64,000 nucleotides of DNA from a virus (lineage: Duplodnaviria > Heunggongvirae > Uroviricota > Caudoviricetes). The position numbers were made by a program, and so were the translations under genes. The notes under the pieces are model-generated. The model did no database searches. It was not told where the DNA came from and saw only the letters and a program-made list of their open reading frames with translations. Below are positions 50,370 to 60,371 of this stretch, in pieces. The stretch lies in IMG/VR virus record IMGVR_UViG_3300035210_000190; one strand, 5' to 3'. How positions within the stretch are numbered: position 1 is the stretch's first letter; every line of letters begins with the position of its first letter.

Positions 50370-50771
50370 ATGTCGAAGACGTTTACCATTAAGGCTATCC
50401 AAGTCTCAGCAGAAGATGCCGAAAAGGTTCGTGATTTCAAATTCAAATTCATTGACTATACCAATTCAATGGGTGTCTACTATGTGGCTAATGGCTTTGT
50501 TTCCTTCTGCCTTAACCGTATGCTGGCTGGTTTTAACCAACCCGAAGATATGGTCGTTGATACGGGTGAATGCGAAGCTCGCCAATGTGATCTGGAAACG
50601 TTCCGTGAACAAGGGGCGGTGTTCTTGAATATTTTGAAGAAGAAGCTTTCGGATGAATCTGTTTTTGAACACGTTCAAGAGGTGTTTGCTCGCACAATTG
50701 ACACATTGGAAGCATTGACGGCAGAGGCTCGTCTTGCTCGGGAAGAAGCGGACAAAGTAGAACAAGCTTAA
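50370..50771 (+). CDS. hypothetical protein
   Basis: gagga RBS. Confidence 0.75.
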   Translation: MSKTFTIKAIQVSAEDAEKVRDFKFKFIDYTNSMGVYYVANGFVSFCLNRMLAGFNQPEDMVVDTGECEARQCDLETFREQGAVFLNILKKKLSDESVFEHVQEVFARTIDTLEALTAEARLAREEADKVEQA

Positions 50772-50788
50772 ATACTAGTAGTTGACAG

Positions 50789-50812
50789 AAAGAGGCTTCG
50801 GCCTCTTTTTTT
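50789..50812 (+). terminator. recurrent intrinsic terminator aaagaggcttcggcctcttttt
   Basis: UUCG hairpin with A-run and T-run; similar copies near 27093, 45204, 47279, 51248, 53879, 60809, 61749. Confidence 0.85.
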
Positions 50813-50890
50813 GTTTTCGTAGTTTAATTCTTGATTAGTCATTGGTGATCTGCTATAATCCTACCACTAAACAGGATAGGGATACGACTA

Positions 50891-51241
50891 ATGAAGAAGC
50901 GAGCCAAGCTGGATAAATTGCCAAATGTTGAAGTTAAAATCGTCAAGATGCGTGAATCGTCTGGCAATGAGCAATTCTTTGTTCGTTTAGTTCGAACTGA
51001 TTTCGGTGATGATCCTTTCTTTCTTGATGGCATTCTTGAGCATAACTGCTGGCAAACTCAAAAAAGTGGATTGTCGAAAAAAGAATGTCTTGGCAGGGCT
51101 TGGTTCGACGCTGGTTTTCTCGCTCGCTTTGTTGGCCTGAAATCCATGAACGAAGTTCTTCTTGTTGGATTTGATGAAGAAGAAACGGCCATCTTGAAAA
51201 GTTCCATGACGTTGTTCAGAGAAGCAAAAGAAGACAAATGA
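50891..51241 (+). CDS. hypothetical protein
   Basis: Own promoter and terminator. Confidence 0.75.
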   Translation: MKKRAKLDKLPNVEVKIVKMRESSGNEQFFVRLVRTDFGDDPFFLDGILEHNCWQTQKSGLSKKECLGRAWFDAGFLARFVGLKSMNEVLLVGFDEEETAILKSSMTLFREAKEDK

Positions 51242-51287
51242 ATGTATAAAAAAGAGGCTTCGGCCTCTTTTTTTGTCTCTAATAAAT

Positions 51288-51662
51288 TTATGATGAAACT
51301 CTTAAATTTACATTGCATTCCCAATTCTCTAAATCTTTAAATGAATCATATTTAGAGTCTGCGATTGCTTTTTTTAATTCTTCTAAGGCATAGTCTCTAA
51401 AATCATCATCTATTTGAAAGGCTTCACCCATGTCTAAAAATTGACCACTATACACATTAAAGAAACTAAGTCCTGTTAAATAATGAAGATTTCCATTATC
51501 ATCATCAATCATGAAATTAAAGTCATCGTTCATTTCGTAATATTTTTCTTGATATTCTTCTACTTTCTCTGGGTTGTTATCGTGCCATTCATTGTATTCA
51601 GTATAATCTTTGTTTTTTGGTTTGAATGTAAATCCGTAACATGCTTTAATATATAATCCCAT
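51288..51662 (-). CDS. acidic hypothetical protein
   Basis: MGLYIKACYGF start; shares bidirectional terminator. Confidence 0.7.
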   Translation of the reverse strand: MGLYIKACYGFTFKPKNKDYTEYNEWHDNNPEKVEEYQEKYYEMNDDFNFMIDDDNGNLHYLTGLSFFNVYSGQFLDMGEAFQIDDDFRDYALEELKKAIADSKYDSFKDLENWECNVNLRVSS

Positions 51663-51813
51663 CTTAAACTCATTTGTTATTTATTTAATGATAATAACAT
51701 CTCTCATTTTGTCAATATAGTTGTACTATTTAAAATTTAAATCCTATTTTTTTTGTTTCATTATTTGTTTATTTGTGGTATAATTTATCAAGTTTAATTT
51801 AGGAGTATACTTA

Positions 51814-52203
51814 ATGAGTCATCTTAATCGTAAAGATTTTTTTCGAATAGACTATTCCGATGGTAAAAGCTATCTTGGTTTTGTTCGCAGTGGTCGAGAT
51901 CTCGTGACGATTGTTTTGCTTGATCCAGAAAGCAATACCTTGAAAACGGTGATAGGTATTTCAGCCGGTAGCAATAATTTTACCAAACTGTCAAAATCCG
52001 GTATGCCAGCCATTCTAAAAAAAGCTTACGATGAGTGCTTCACCACTATTAAAAAAGGATCAAAAGTAAAATTCACCTTTAATGACGAAGAGTATACTGG
52101 CATTGTGCTTCAGGGTGGTGCTAACCCCAAAGTATCAGTTTCTATTAACGACAAAAGCTTTTATACCACTGGCCCTGCTGTTTTATTTACAGTTATTGAA
52201 TAA
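51814..52203 (+). CDS. hypothetical protein
   Basis: aggag RBS. Confidence 0.75.
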   Translation: MSHLNRKDFFRIDYSDGKSYLGFVRSGRDLVTIVLLDPESNTLKTVIGISAGSNNFTKLSKSGMPAILKKAYDECFTTIKKGSKVKFTFNDEEYTGIVLQGGANPKVSVSINDKSFYTTGPAVLFTVIE

Positions 52204-52274
52204 CAGGTTTATAGCTCTTTTTCTATCATTTTCACTTAATTTGTGGTATAATCCATCAATATATTTAAAGGGCT

Positions 52275-53060
52275 ATGATAATGACTGACACTCAAAACAT
52301 GATGGTGACTTTGATCGAAAAGTTCTTGGATGAACATTTTCCGAATGACCCACGCAGTATTCGTCCAGTTGGTAGTGAATTTGCCGTAGACGTGGGTGTA
52401 GAACGCAATTTTAAATTGTCTTTTCGTCTGTTAAGTAACAGTGTCTACAATGTTGTTATTCATGAAGATCATTTTGACGCCATTGCTCCCCTTTTTGGTT
52501 TGAATGAATTTCAGCCGGAATCGACAAACATTCTCAATGACTTTATCCAAAGTCTCAATAAAAATGAAGCCTTCAAGCAAGTATTTAAACCTGTTCCGAT
52601 GGTTGACTTCAGTAAACATATGACGACTTATTCTAAGTTTGAAGACAGCTACAAAGACATTTATGATGCTGACGAAAGGGTTTCATTGATTACGAAAACA
52701 GGTAGCGTTAAACGCCAAGGTGTTGCTCAGTTTGCTTTTCGGTTCACCAAAACCAATAGACTGAAATGTTTGCCTGCTATTGCCTTGTTTTATGGCGAAG
52801 TGGCTTATTATCGAATCGGTGTGGGTTTTGACCTCGATAATCAAACCGTTCATAGCATTACTGAGACTGTTGATACCTATGAGGACTTTTTTGTTAGTAA
52901 CAAAGCGTTCAATTTTGAAACTGAAATCAATGCGTTTGTTGTTAACTTTTTGAATGACTGGATTACATGTTTTCATAAAGATCGCCCCGAAGAGTCATTT
53001 ATTTCAGATGATATGTCGTTTAAAGACAAATTGGAACTTTTTAAAATGAGTGCGATTTAA
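52275..53060 (+). CDS. hypothetical protein, paralog family C (MxxPhi tag)
   Basis: Paralog of 53962..54735 (KFLD.HFPND, DFSK, AQF..RFT); ends FKMSAI. Confidence 0.85.
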   Translation: MIMTDTQNMMVTLIEKFLDEHFPNDPRSIRPVGSEFAVDVGVERNFKLSFRLLSNSVYNVVIHEDHFDAIAPLFGLNEFQPESTNILNDFIQSLNKNEAFKQVFKPVPMVDFSKHMTTYSKFEDSYKDIYDADERVSLITKTGSVKRQGVAQFAFRFTKTNRLKCLPAIALFYGEVAYYRIGVGFDLDNQTVHSITETVDTYEDFFVSNKAFNFETEINAFVVNFLNDWITCFHKDRPEESFISDDMSFKDKLELFKMSAI

Positions 53061-53093
53061 AATACTTAATACTTTGATAGTGGAGACTCTTTC

Positions 53094-53636
53094 ATGCAAA
53101 CATATGAGATTTTAAGAAATAGGGGAACAGCCACAATTGTTAACGTGTTGTTGGCTGTCTTTTTATGTTTGAGTTTTTGGGCAAGCTTTGCCATTATTTC
53201 TGAGGGTGCCCATCGAACAGCACCACATGAGCGACAAGTCACATTAGTTGATACCAGTCTCGACAAGACTTTTAAAGTTAGTCGTAAAGGAGATCGCACC
53301 TATAACGACCTCGATCAATGGATTGTTAGCCTTAAAGGTCATTTTATTGATCAGAAAACTGGGAAATCTTTTACAACGACTATTAATAATAAGCTCTCCT
53401 ACGAGTTTGAAGCAGGTGTGGGAAAGCCAATCCCAATGAGACTCAGTATTCGTGGTGATATGCTAGACGGTGATTTCTGGGGTGGGGCTTATCCATTTCT
53501 TGGATCTATGCTGTTTTTCGTTACACTTTTTGCTTCTATTTGTTATTTAGTTTATCTCTTTACAATGCAGCATGTTTGGGATAAAGTTCGCTATACCCCA
53601 ACCAATAATTATTTTGAAAATAAAAGAGTCTATTAG
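53094..53636 (+). CDS. membrane protein (2 TM)
   Basis: N- and C-terminal hydrophobic helices. Confidence 0.75.
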   Translation: MQTYEILRNRGTATIVNVLLAVFLCLSFWASFAIISEGAHRTAPHERQVTLVDTSLDKTFKVSRKGDRTYNDLDQWIVSLKGHFIDQKTGKSFTTTINNKLSYEFEAGVGKPIPMRLSIRGDMLDGDFWGGAYPFLGSMLFFVTLFASICYLVYLFTMQHVWDKVRYTPTNNYFENKRVY

Positions 53637-53647
53637 GAGATTTAAAC

Positions 53648-53863
53648 ATGGTAATGGTTTTTGATAATGATTTTGATGAACGAGCAGAAAAACAATATGA
53701 TTCCGGCCCCACTTCGGATGGCTATATTGAAATCGGTGGTAAGGTTTATCATTTGGATGACAAACCAGAACCATCCAAGGCGTCTCCTGCAGCTTCCTTT
53801 CCAAAATTCAATGGAAATAAAATAGAAAGCATTGAGATTGGCGGAAAAGTCTACGACCTATAA
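53648..53863 (+). CDS. small protein with duplicated IEIGGKVYxL motif
   Basis: aggag RBS; internal repeat. Confidence 0.7.
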   Translation: MVMVFDNDFDERAEKQYDSGPTSDGYIEIGGKVYHLDDKPEPSKASPAASFPKFNGNKIESIEIGGKVYDL

Positions 53864-53961
53864 CAAAAAAAACAGGTTAAAGAAGCTTCGGCTTCTTTTT
53901 TTGTTTCAAAAAACGCTAAGTTGTGGTATAATAATGCCATATATTTTAGAGATTATCATTC

Positions 53962-54735
53962 ATGACAGATGTCAATAATCAAATGGTTGAGCTAGTCCAC
54001 AAGTTTTTGGATAAGCATTTTCCAAATGACACACATAGAGTGAGTGAAGGTGGCTCAACAATTTTTGTGTCTGTTGGTGATGATGACATGAAATTGTTTT
54101 TCAATATCTGTGACAACAGTATTTACAGTGTGTCCATCCACAACGATCATCTAGAAGATATTTGTCCACTTTTTGGATTAGACACTTATTACACTGAAGC
54201 TGCTCTTGTTTTGAACACCTTTATAGATGCAGTAAATGATAATAAACTGTTCAACGAAGTCTTTCATCCTATCCAACCGATGGATTTTAGCAAATACTTC
54301 ACTAAATCTTTTTCTGATGATTTTATGGATTTTTATGACGCGGATACCCGTTTCAATCTTATGTCGAAAGTAGGCAGCAAAGAGTATCCCTGTATTGCTC
54401 AGTTTTCCTATCGTTTCACAGAAGACAATACATTGAAACCGATTGCGGCTATTTCTTTGTTGAACAATACAGAAAGCGATTTTCGTGTAGGTTTTAACCT
54501 TGATGAGCAAAGTATTCATCTTATTACAGAAAGAGTTAATATTTATGAAGGTTTTTTCATTGAAAATAAGATTTTCAATGTGAATGAAGACATTGATAAT
54601 TTTGTTCACAAGTTTGTAGATAATGTAATTACAAAATTCCATGAAGTCCAGTCAGACGCTACGTCTCCATTTCATGCAGATGATGTAGATTTTGTTGATA
54701 AACTTCCAATTTTCGAAATGATCCATATTCAATAA
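53962..54735 (+). CDS. hypothetical protein, paralog family C (MxxPhi tag)
   Basis: Ends FEMIHIQ. Confidence 0.85.
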   Translation: MTDVNNQMVELVHKFLDKHFPNDTHRVSEGGSTIFVSVGDDDMKLFFNICDNSIYSVSIHNDHLEDICPLFGLDTYYTEAALVLNTFIDAVNDNKLFNEVFHPIQPMDFSKYFTKSFSDDFMDFYDADTRFNLMSKVGSKEYPCIAQFSYRFTEDNTLKPIAAISLLNNTESDFRVGFNLDEQSIHLITERVNIYEGFFIENKIFNVNEDIDNFVHKFVDNVITKFHEVQSDATSPFHADDVDFVDKLPIFEMIHIQ

Positions 54736-54748
54736 CGAGGTGTTTATA

Positions 54749-55099
54749 ATGAAAAAAATTATTGGTATTTGTCTTTTGGCACTGGCTCTCGTTGGCTGTG
54801 ATAGCCCTGTGGTCAAAGAAGTTTCGGTAGCGAATAAAAGCTACAAGATTACAGAAATTGTATTGCCTATCCATCCGGCCATGTTCACTGCGTCTGTCTC
54901 TATTCTAGACGCCACATCAGATCGAGTGTATACAGAGCGTGTAGCGAAATCCTGTCTGAAAAATTATCGTGTTGGTGATCATATTGACCTGACGGAAGGG
55001 CTATTTTCATCCGTTAACAAAATGGGTGAAGCAACCTATTCGTATGGTCTTGTAGAGGCTAATCGATCATTCTGCAAAGCGGCCCCATTGCACGGATAA
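54749..55099 (+). CDS. putative lipoprotein
   Basis: MKKIIGICLLALALVGC lipobox. Confidence 0.75.
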   Translation: MKKIIGICLLALALVGCDSPVVKEVSVANKSYKITEIVLPIHPAMFTASVSILDATSDRVYTERVAKSCLKNYRVGDHIDLTEGLFSSVNKMGEATYSYGLVEANRSFCKAAPLHG

Positions 55100-55130
55100 T
55101 TAATTTTAGTTATTTTTAGGAGACTTTATT

Positions 55131-55367
55131 ATGGTTGGATTGTTTACTCAGAAATTCAAATTGAATGGTTATTTTGATAACCTCACTGAAGAAGAGTTCG
55201 TCAAAAGCCTTGCTGATAAGTTTGAGCTTGATTTGAGTATGGCTCAGTTGCTGTTTGATGGTGTCTTTTCGTATAAAAAAGAATTCTTGTTTTCTGACTT
55301 TGAGAATTATCTTTCTAAGGATGAAAGGACAACATTTTTTGCTAATCCATTAATTGTTGAAAAATAG
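55131..55367 (+). CDS. hypothetical protein
   Basis: aggag RBS. Confidence 0.7.
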   Translation: MVGLFTQKFKLNGYFDNLTEEEFVKSLADKFELDLSMAQLLFDGVFSYKKEFLFSDFENYLSKDERTTFFANPLIVEK

Positions 55368-55465
55368 ATAAAGATAAATTACTTAATACTTTGTCATTAA
55401 TACCATGTTGTGATTGTTTTCGTTAATAAATATGTTAACATAATAGGCTCTTGCGGGAGCTTCTT

Positions 55466-55753
55466 ATGTCTAACTATTTTGTTGAATTGTTTAAGTATCA
55501 CTCAAAGCTGATTAACCAGAAAGTAGTGGTTGTTTCAGATAAACATGTTGTTTTCGGAAAGCTTAAAAGTTTCAAACAAGTCATTCATGGTTCAAAACCA
55601 GTCTTTAACATAGAATTTGAAAATAAATATTCTGCTATTTTTACTGTTTCTGGTGTTATCATTCCTTATTATGATGGCGTTGAAGCAGATTTGAAAACAT
55701 CTCTTCAATCTGTTTGCGATAAATATCGGTTCCGACCTTACTCATCAGAATAA
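55466..55753 (+). CDS. hypothetical protein
   Basis: gggag RBS. Confidence 0.65.
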   Translation: MSNYFVELFKYHSKLINQKVVVVSDKHVVFGKLKSFKQVIHGSKPVFNIEFENKYSAIFTVSGVIIPYYDGVEADLKTSLQSVCDKYRFRPYSSE

Positions 55754-56383
55754 TAAAATATCAATCATTGTATTGGCATCTTTACCTTCTAGATGTGATA
55801 ACTCTTCATAGTTGCTTAAGTAATATTGAATGTCTTTCTCACTTTCAAAGTGTATGTTTTTATTAAAAAGGTCATTATCGGATTCCGCACTTATTATTGT
55901 CCAATCAAAATCCAGTATGTTTAATGAGTTTGATTCTATGTGTATGTATCTATTCTTACTTATCAACGTAAAACAATTTAACTCTTTAAAACCTAACTTA
56001 TAATCATATTCATTCGTTATACTTTTTTCGTAATCTTCATGTCCACAATTGAACATTAACTCCATCCAACTATGGTTTTGAACCGCTAATGGATTTAGTT
56101 TTTCATCGTTATTTAAGTTTCGGTTTATTCCCGGCAAGTGTTCAATATATTCTTTTAGTTCAGGTGAATTTGTAGACAAAACATGAGCAACAAGTTCTTC
56201 CAGTGACACACCATCAGGTAAATCTTTGTTTGTAAGTATCGCTTTAAGAAAGTATAGATATCGACGCATCCAAATTTGTTCAGTAGTTCCAACCTGTATT
56301 CTTTTGTTGATACTAATAATAAAATACATTATGGCCGATGTTTCTAATTTGTTTCTAAACTCTTCTTTTGTTAAATGTTGCAT
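55745..56383 (-). CDS. hypothetical protein with a segment reminiscent of the IcmO/TrbC helical domain
   Basis: IWMRR...F..A, YIEHLPG, QNHSWM.L pattern; no ATPase motifs. Confidence 0.45.
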   Translation of the reverse strand: MQHLTKEEFRNKLETSAIMYFIISINKRIQVGTTEQIWMRRYLYFLKAILTNKDLPDGVSLEELVAHVLSTNSPELKEYIEHLPGINRNLNNDEKLNPLAVQNHSWMELMFNCGHEDYEKSITNEYDYKLGFKELNCFTLISKNRYIHIESNSLNILDFDWTIISAESDNDLFNKNIHFESEKDIQYYLSNYEELSHLEGKDANTMIDILLF

Positions 56384-56401
56384 TATAATTCCTGATGTTG
56401 T

Positions 56402-56968
56402 TTAGTAATGATACTCGTAGATTTTGTTATTTACAATATTACCATTGCTGGGATCGAATGAATAATAAGTATAGATATAATCATTATTGGATACTTCTTT
56501 TTTAGCAAAGGCTAAGTTAGGAATTGATGAATTGTTTGTTAATGTGGATATGACATTCTCTTGGCCTTTTAAGTTAACTTTTATGGTTTTTATGTCTTTG
56601 TTCTTTATTTTTTCTTTGATGACTTTGAAGTCTGCAAACTGTAATTGACCTAAACCCTTAGCCAATTCTTTACCTGTTTCATTCAAACAGACGTGATTGG
56701 TATCAGGAGCCATTCTGAGGTAGTTGTTCGAATCCTTTTTCTTTCTATCAAAACAGTGCATTAGATAGGGATCAGTTTCTTTTCTAGCTTGTGTCTCATA
56801 TTGAATAGATCCAGCCTCAAATGAACCACCAAACGTTGCCACCTTTACACTTTGGTCAGCAGGTATGTTGATTAATTGAATGCCATTATCGGCAGTGAAC
56901 ACTTTTGATTCGTCTGCGATTGCAATTGATGACATTGCACACAGCAACATTATAAGACTTACTTTCAT
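56402..56968 (-). CDS. secreted hypothetical protein
   Basis: Signal peptide MKVSLIMLLCAMSSIAIA; aaggag RBS. Confidence 0.8.
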   Translation of the reverse strand: MKVSLIMLLCAMSSIAIADESKVFTADNGIQLINIPADQSVKVATFGGSFEAGSIQYETQARKETDPYLMHCFDRKKKDSNNYLRMAPDTNHVCLNETGKELAKGLGQLQFADFKVIKEKIKNKDIKTIKVNLKGQENVISTLTNNSSIPNLAFAKKEVSNNDYIYTYYSFDPSNGNIVNNKIYEYHY

Positions 56969-57095
56969 AACAAAACTCCTTTAAAATATAAAAAATTGTA
57001 TCACTGTGCCACATGTTGTCAATGTTATTGATGTGTTGTTCGATTAACGGAGTTGTTTTTTAAGTAGCTATGAAAAAAGAGGCCGTAGCCTCTTT

Positions 57096-57716
57096 TCATT
57101 TTGGTGTATGTCTTCTAGGTTTTATGAGACGTTCAGCCATTGTTATTTCATTTTCTAACGGTTCTTTGTACTCTTCTAACAGTCTTTTGACATAGGTTTC
57201 TGTTTTTTGTTTAAGTTCGTCATCGACATTTTTTGATGTTTCCCATAAGTCTCTCATTTCTGCAAATTCCATATAGTCAGAGACGTGTCTATATTCTACT
57301 GGGACACCAGCAGCGTTCAAGTCCATTACTAATTTCTTTTCAAACTGAGAGTACGTTTCAAGATCCTGTAATGGGCCTTTGTTAAAGCTGTCTAAATATT
57401 CACGCCTTAATGCAGTAATACCTTTGTATATGTTTGTACTGATGGTTGCCATTGCAAGAGAAGCAACACCTGCTATATGTAAGGTTTCTGCACTTACTTT
57501 GTAGATCTCATAGTTGTTTGAAATCGCCATGCCAATTGTGACTAATCCAACGCTACCACTTAAAACTCCAAATCCGATATGCAGTTTAGTTCTATCTTTT
57601 ATTTTCTTTTTTAATGTTTCAACCGATCTTTTTTCATCGTGCAAGTTTTTAAAATAACCTAACACATCTTTGTAAAGGTTTTCGCTTATCTTTTCTTTGA
57701 ATAAATTATTTTCCAT
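57096..57716 (-). CDS. 2-TM protein, tandem paralog with basic tail
   Basis: Paralog of 57738..58346 (MEN..LF.E.IS..LYK, FEK.LV.DL, EF..MRD). Confidence 0.8.
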   Translation of the reverse strand: MENNLFKEKISENLYKDVLGYFKNLHDEKRSVETLKKKIKDRTKLHIGFGVLSGSVGLVTIGMAISNNYEIYKVSAETLHIAGVASLAMATISTNIYKGITALRREYLDSFNKGPLQDLETYSQFEKKLVMDLNAAGVPVEYRHVSDYMEFAEMRDLWETSKNVDDELKQKTETYVKRLLEEYKEPLENEITMAERLIKPRRHTPK

Positions 57717-57737
57717 TTTGTGCCTCTTTGTCGTTAT

Positions 57738-58346
57738 TTAAGGTGTGTTCTTTTTTATTTTTTTAACCACTTCTGGTTTGGTGTATTCTTCCATTATTGA
57801 TTTAACAAACTCTGTTGTTTTTGCTTTAAGTTCATTATCATAATCTGGATTTTTAACATCCATATCACGCATTTTAACAAATTCTTCGGATGTCATAATA
57901 TTTTTATGTTTGACATCAATACCTATATTTCTTAAATCAGACACTAATGTTTTTTCAAAACCAATATACATTACAACATCATTCATATTATTTCTATAAC
58001 TAGCATCATAATAGTCACTATCTAGTTTGCCCACTTTATTGTTTAAACGAAGTGATAATGTTATTGCTGCCATCGAAGCTATTCCACCACATAGCATAGT
58101 GTTAACAGCTACTCTGTAGATATCTGGACTATTTGTGTAGTAATTGACAGCAATAGTTGCTATTGTTCCCAATGTTAAACCGATACTTGTGAAAGCGGAT
58201 GCTTTAGATAATTTGTCTATAGTATTCATTTTATCTTTAATCTTGTCAGAGCTTATTTTTTGATCATGGATTTCCTTGGCAAAATTTATAATATTTTTAT
58301 ACAATTTGTCACTTATAGCTTCTTGGAATAATTTAGTGTTTTCCAT
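57738..58346 (-). CDS. 2-TM protein, tandem paralog with basic tail
   Basis: Paralog of 57096..57716; ends KKIKKNTP. Confidence 0.8.
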   Translation of the reverse strand: MENTKLFQEAISDKLYKNIINFAKEIHDQKISSDKIKDKMNTIDKLSKASAFTSIGLTLGTIATIAVNYYTNSPDIYRVAVNTMLCGGIASMAAITLSLRLNNKVGKLDSDYYDASYRNNMNDVVMYIGFEKTLVSDLRNIGIDVKHKNIMTSEEFVKMRDMDVKNPDYDNELKAKTTEFVKSIMEEYTKPEVVKKIKKNTP

Positions 58347-58420
58347 TTGTTATCTCATGTTTTATATTTGATATACATATTATAGCATAATATTTAAAAA
58401 TTGTATTATTCTTTGGAACA

Positions 58421-60283
58421 TGAACTACCCCGCCCTGAAGGACGAAGTTTCTTGGGTGTTTGAAACCTTTCCCAATCGCTGACGTTCATTGTCAACTTCA
58501 AACAAAGCTGTCAGCTTCATTCGCACGGTTTCTCTTTTCATTTTGGACGGGCAATACTGCCCATCTTTCAACAGGTGAAAAGTGAACCGAAGAACTTCTT
58601 CGGTTATTCTGTTCCTTACATTTTTTGCTGCATTCTGATCAGCGTCTTCTTTATGACCACATGCATTACAATGAAAACTTCTTCCTTGTCTTACAGTGTG
58701 TTCCACACACTGACACTTTGAACAGGTTTTCGATGTATAGCTTGGCGTGGTCAAATGCACTCGAATGCCTTTATTGTTCGCTTGCTCTTGAAACCAATCT
58801 TTAATGCTCGACAATCTTAACAATCGAATAAGCTTTGAATATTTTATATTTAATGTTTCATCTTTGATGAAAGAGGCTTTACATTGTGAAAGATTGAGAT
58901 CTTCTAATACAATATCGGTTATTCCATCATCTATTAAGTTTTTTAAAGTCTTAGATATAAGTTCTTTAAAATGGAATTCTACACCGCCTAATAGCTTATT
59001 AAATTGAGCTTGTTCGTGTTGCGTTAATTGTTTAAACCCTTTCTTCTCAAAAGATTGTAGAGACTCTACAACCTTTTGAACATACTCACGATTATAATCA
59101 ATGGCTATTTCTCGATCATGAAAAGCAATGGTACAGAAGTTTGAAGCAACGTTTATATCAATGCCACATACAGCTTTTTTATCAATGATGCTGTCTTTTT
59201 CAAGAGGTTTAAAATATTCTGTTTCATCTTCATAAGTTAAACCAATTTCAATACGATTTTTTCGATTTAGTCGAACTGTATGAATCGCTTCAAGGTTAAA
59301 ATCATTAATGTCATTGTGATATTTAGGATTAAAGGCCAAAGGAACATGAATATGTTCCTTCCCAATCCTAAAATTATACCAATATTTGTACTCATTTGTT
59401 TCATCAACATGAATATAAGAATGTTTAGTTTGTCCGATTCTAGGTATTTTCATGTAAGACCCAGTAGAAAACACAATCGGTGATTTCATGGATTTTAACA
59501 TTCTCATTTGTTTTCGAAGCAACAGTGCTTTAACTCTGTCCCAAAGAAAAACTTCGACACCTTCGGTAGTATAATGTCTTTTATCTCTTAATGCATTAAG
59601 CCTTGCGTTAAAGTCTTCAATGTCTTGAATTTTTTTGGGATTATTTTCACCTTCTTTATGAGCTTTTAAAACAGAATCAAGCATTGAATGATCAACATAG
59701 ATTAACCAATTCATCAAATTGGTTAATGACGTATTTTTATGAATGACTTCTATTTTTTTTACATCACCTTTAGATGCGATAGTATTTCCCAACTTACCTG
59801 TTACTTTTCGTTTGTATTTAGTCACTTTATACTCTTTTTGAAGAACAAACTTTTGATTATCAGTAAGCTTATCGACCCAATTTGAATAAAAATCTACAAC
59901 TTGTTGGTATATTTTTTGAACTTCCCAAGAATATAATTCGGAACAATTGAATTGTTTCGCATGGGAAATAAGTGTATGTTTAGAAGTCGAAGAAAGAAGT
60001 GAAAGTTTATGTTCAAAGATATATTGAGAAATTTCGTTTTTAAGGGATTTAACAAAAGCAAAATGCTCAACAAAACGATCTGTCTTCTTCGAATTAATAA
60101 TTGAAGAAGCAGAAATGCGTTTAGCTTTAATTTTTTGTTTGCCTGAGCTACCGTAAGCCATTAGTTTTCCTATAAAAAGTCTTGCTAAATTATACAATGT
60201 ATTCGATAACAAAGCAAGCTAAAAAGTAAAGAAAACAAAAAAGAAAGAAAATACTTATCCCCCACCTGAAGGAAGGGGTTTTG
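58421..60283 (-). mobile_element. non-autonomous IS200/IS605-family element (tnpB only, IS1341-like)
   Basis: Subterminal hairpins on the minus strand: LE aaaccccttccttcaggtggggga (~60257-60282), RE aaacttcgtccttcagggcggggtagttca (to 58421); no tnpA; boundaries approximate. Confidence 0.75.
58425..60161 (-). CDS. tnpB: RNA-guided endonuclease TnpB (large, ~578 aa)
   Basis: RuvC I GIDIN, RuvC II VLEDL, YTSKTCSKC...CNACGH zinc ribbon, RuvC III ADQNAAKN. Confidence 0.9.
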   Translation of the reverse strand: MAYGSSGKQKIKAKRISASSIINSKKTDRFVEHFAFVKSLKNEISQYIFEHKLSLLSSTSKHTLISHAKQFNCSELYSWEVQKIYQQVVDFYSNWVDKLTDNQKFVLQKEYKVTKYKRKVTGKLGNTIASKGDVKKIEVIHKNTSLTNLMNWLIYVDHSMLDSVLKAHKEGENNPKKIQDIEDFNARLNALRDKRHYTTEGVEVFLWDRVKALLLRKQMRMLKSMKSPIVFSTGSYMKIPRIGQTKHSYIHVDETNEYKYWYNFRIGKEHIHVPLAFNPKYHNDINDFNLEAIHTVRLNRKNRIEIGLTYEDETEYFKPLEKDSIIDKKAVCGIDINVASNFCTIAFHDREIAIDYNREYVQKVVESLQSFEKKGFKQLTQHEQAQFNKLLGGVEFHFKELISKTLKNLIDDGITDIVLEDLNLSQCKASFIKDETLNIKYSKLIRLLRLSSIKDWFQEQANNKGIRVHLTTPSYTSKTCSKCQCVEHTVRQGRSFHCNACGHKEDADQNAAKNVRNRITEEVLRFTFHLLKDGQYCPSKMKRETVRMKLTALFEVDNERQRLGKVSNTQETSSFRAG

Positions 60284-60371
60284 TATTTTTTAGATTGATT
60301 TCTATATGATAAAATTGACTTTTTATTCAAATATAGTAATATTAACTTATTAACCAATGTATTAAATTATT

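Noticed and set aside
58425-60212. Cas12/Cas14 effector
   Set aside because: No array or cas1/cas2 nearby; the flanking IS200/IS605 hairpins indicate TnpB.
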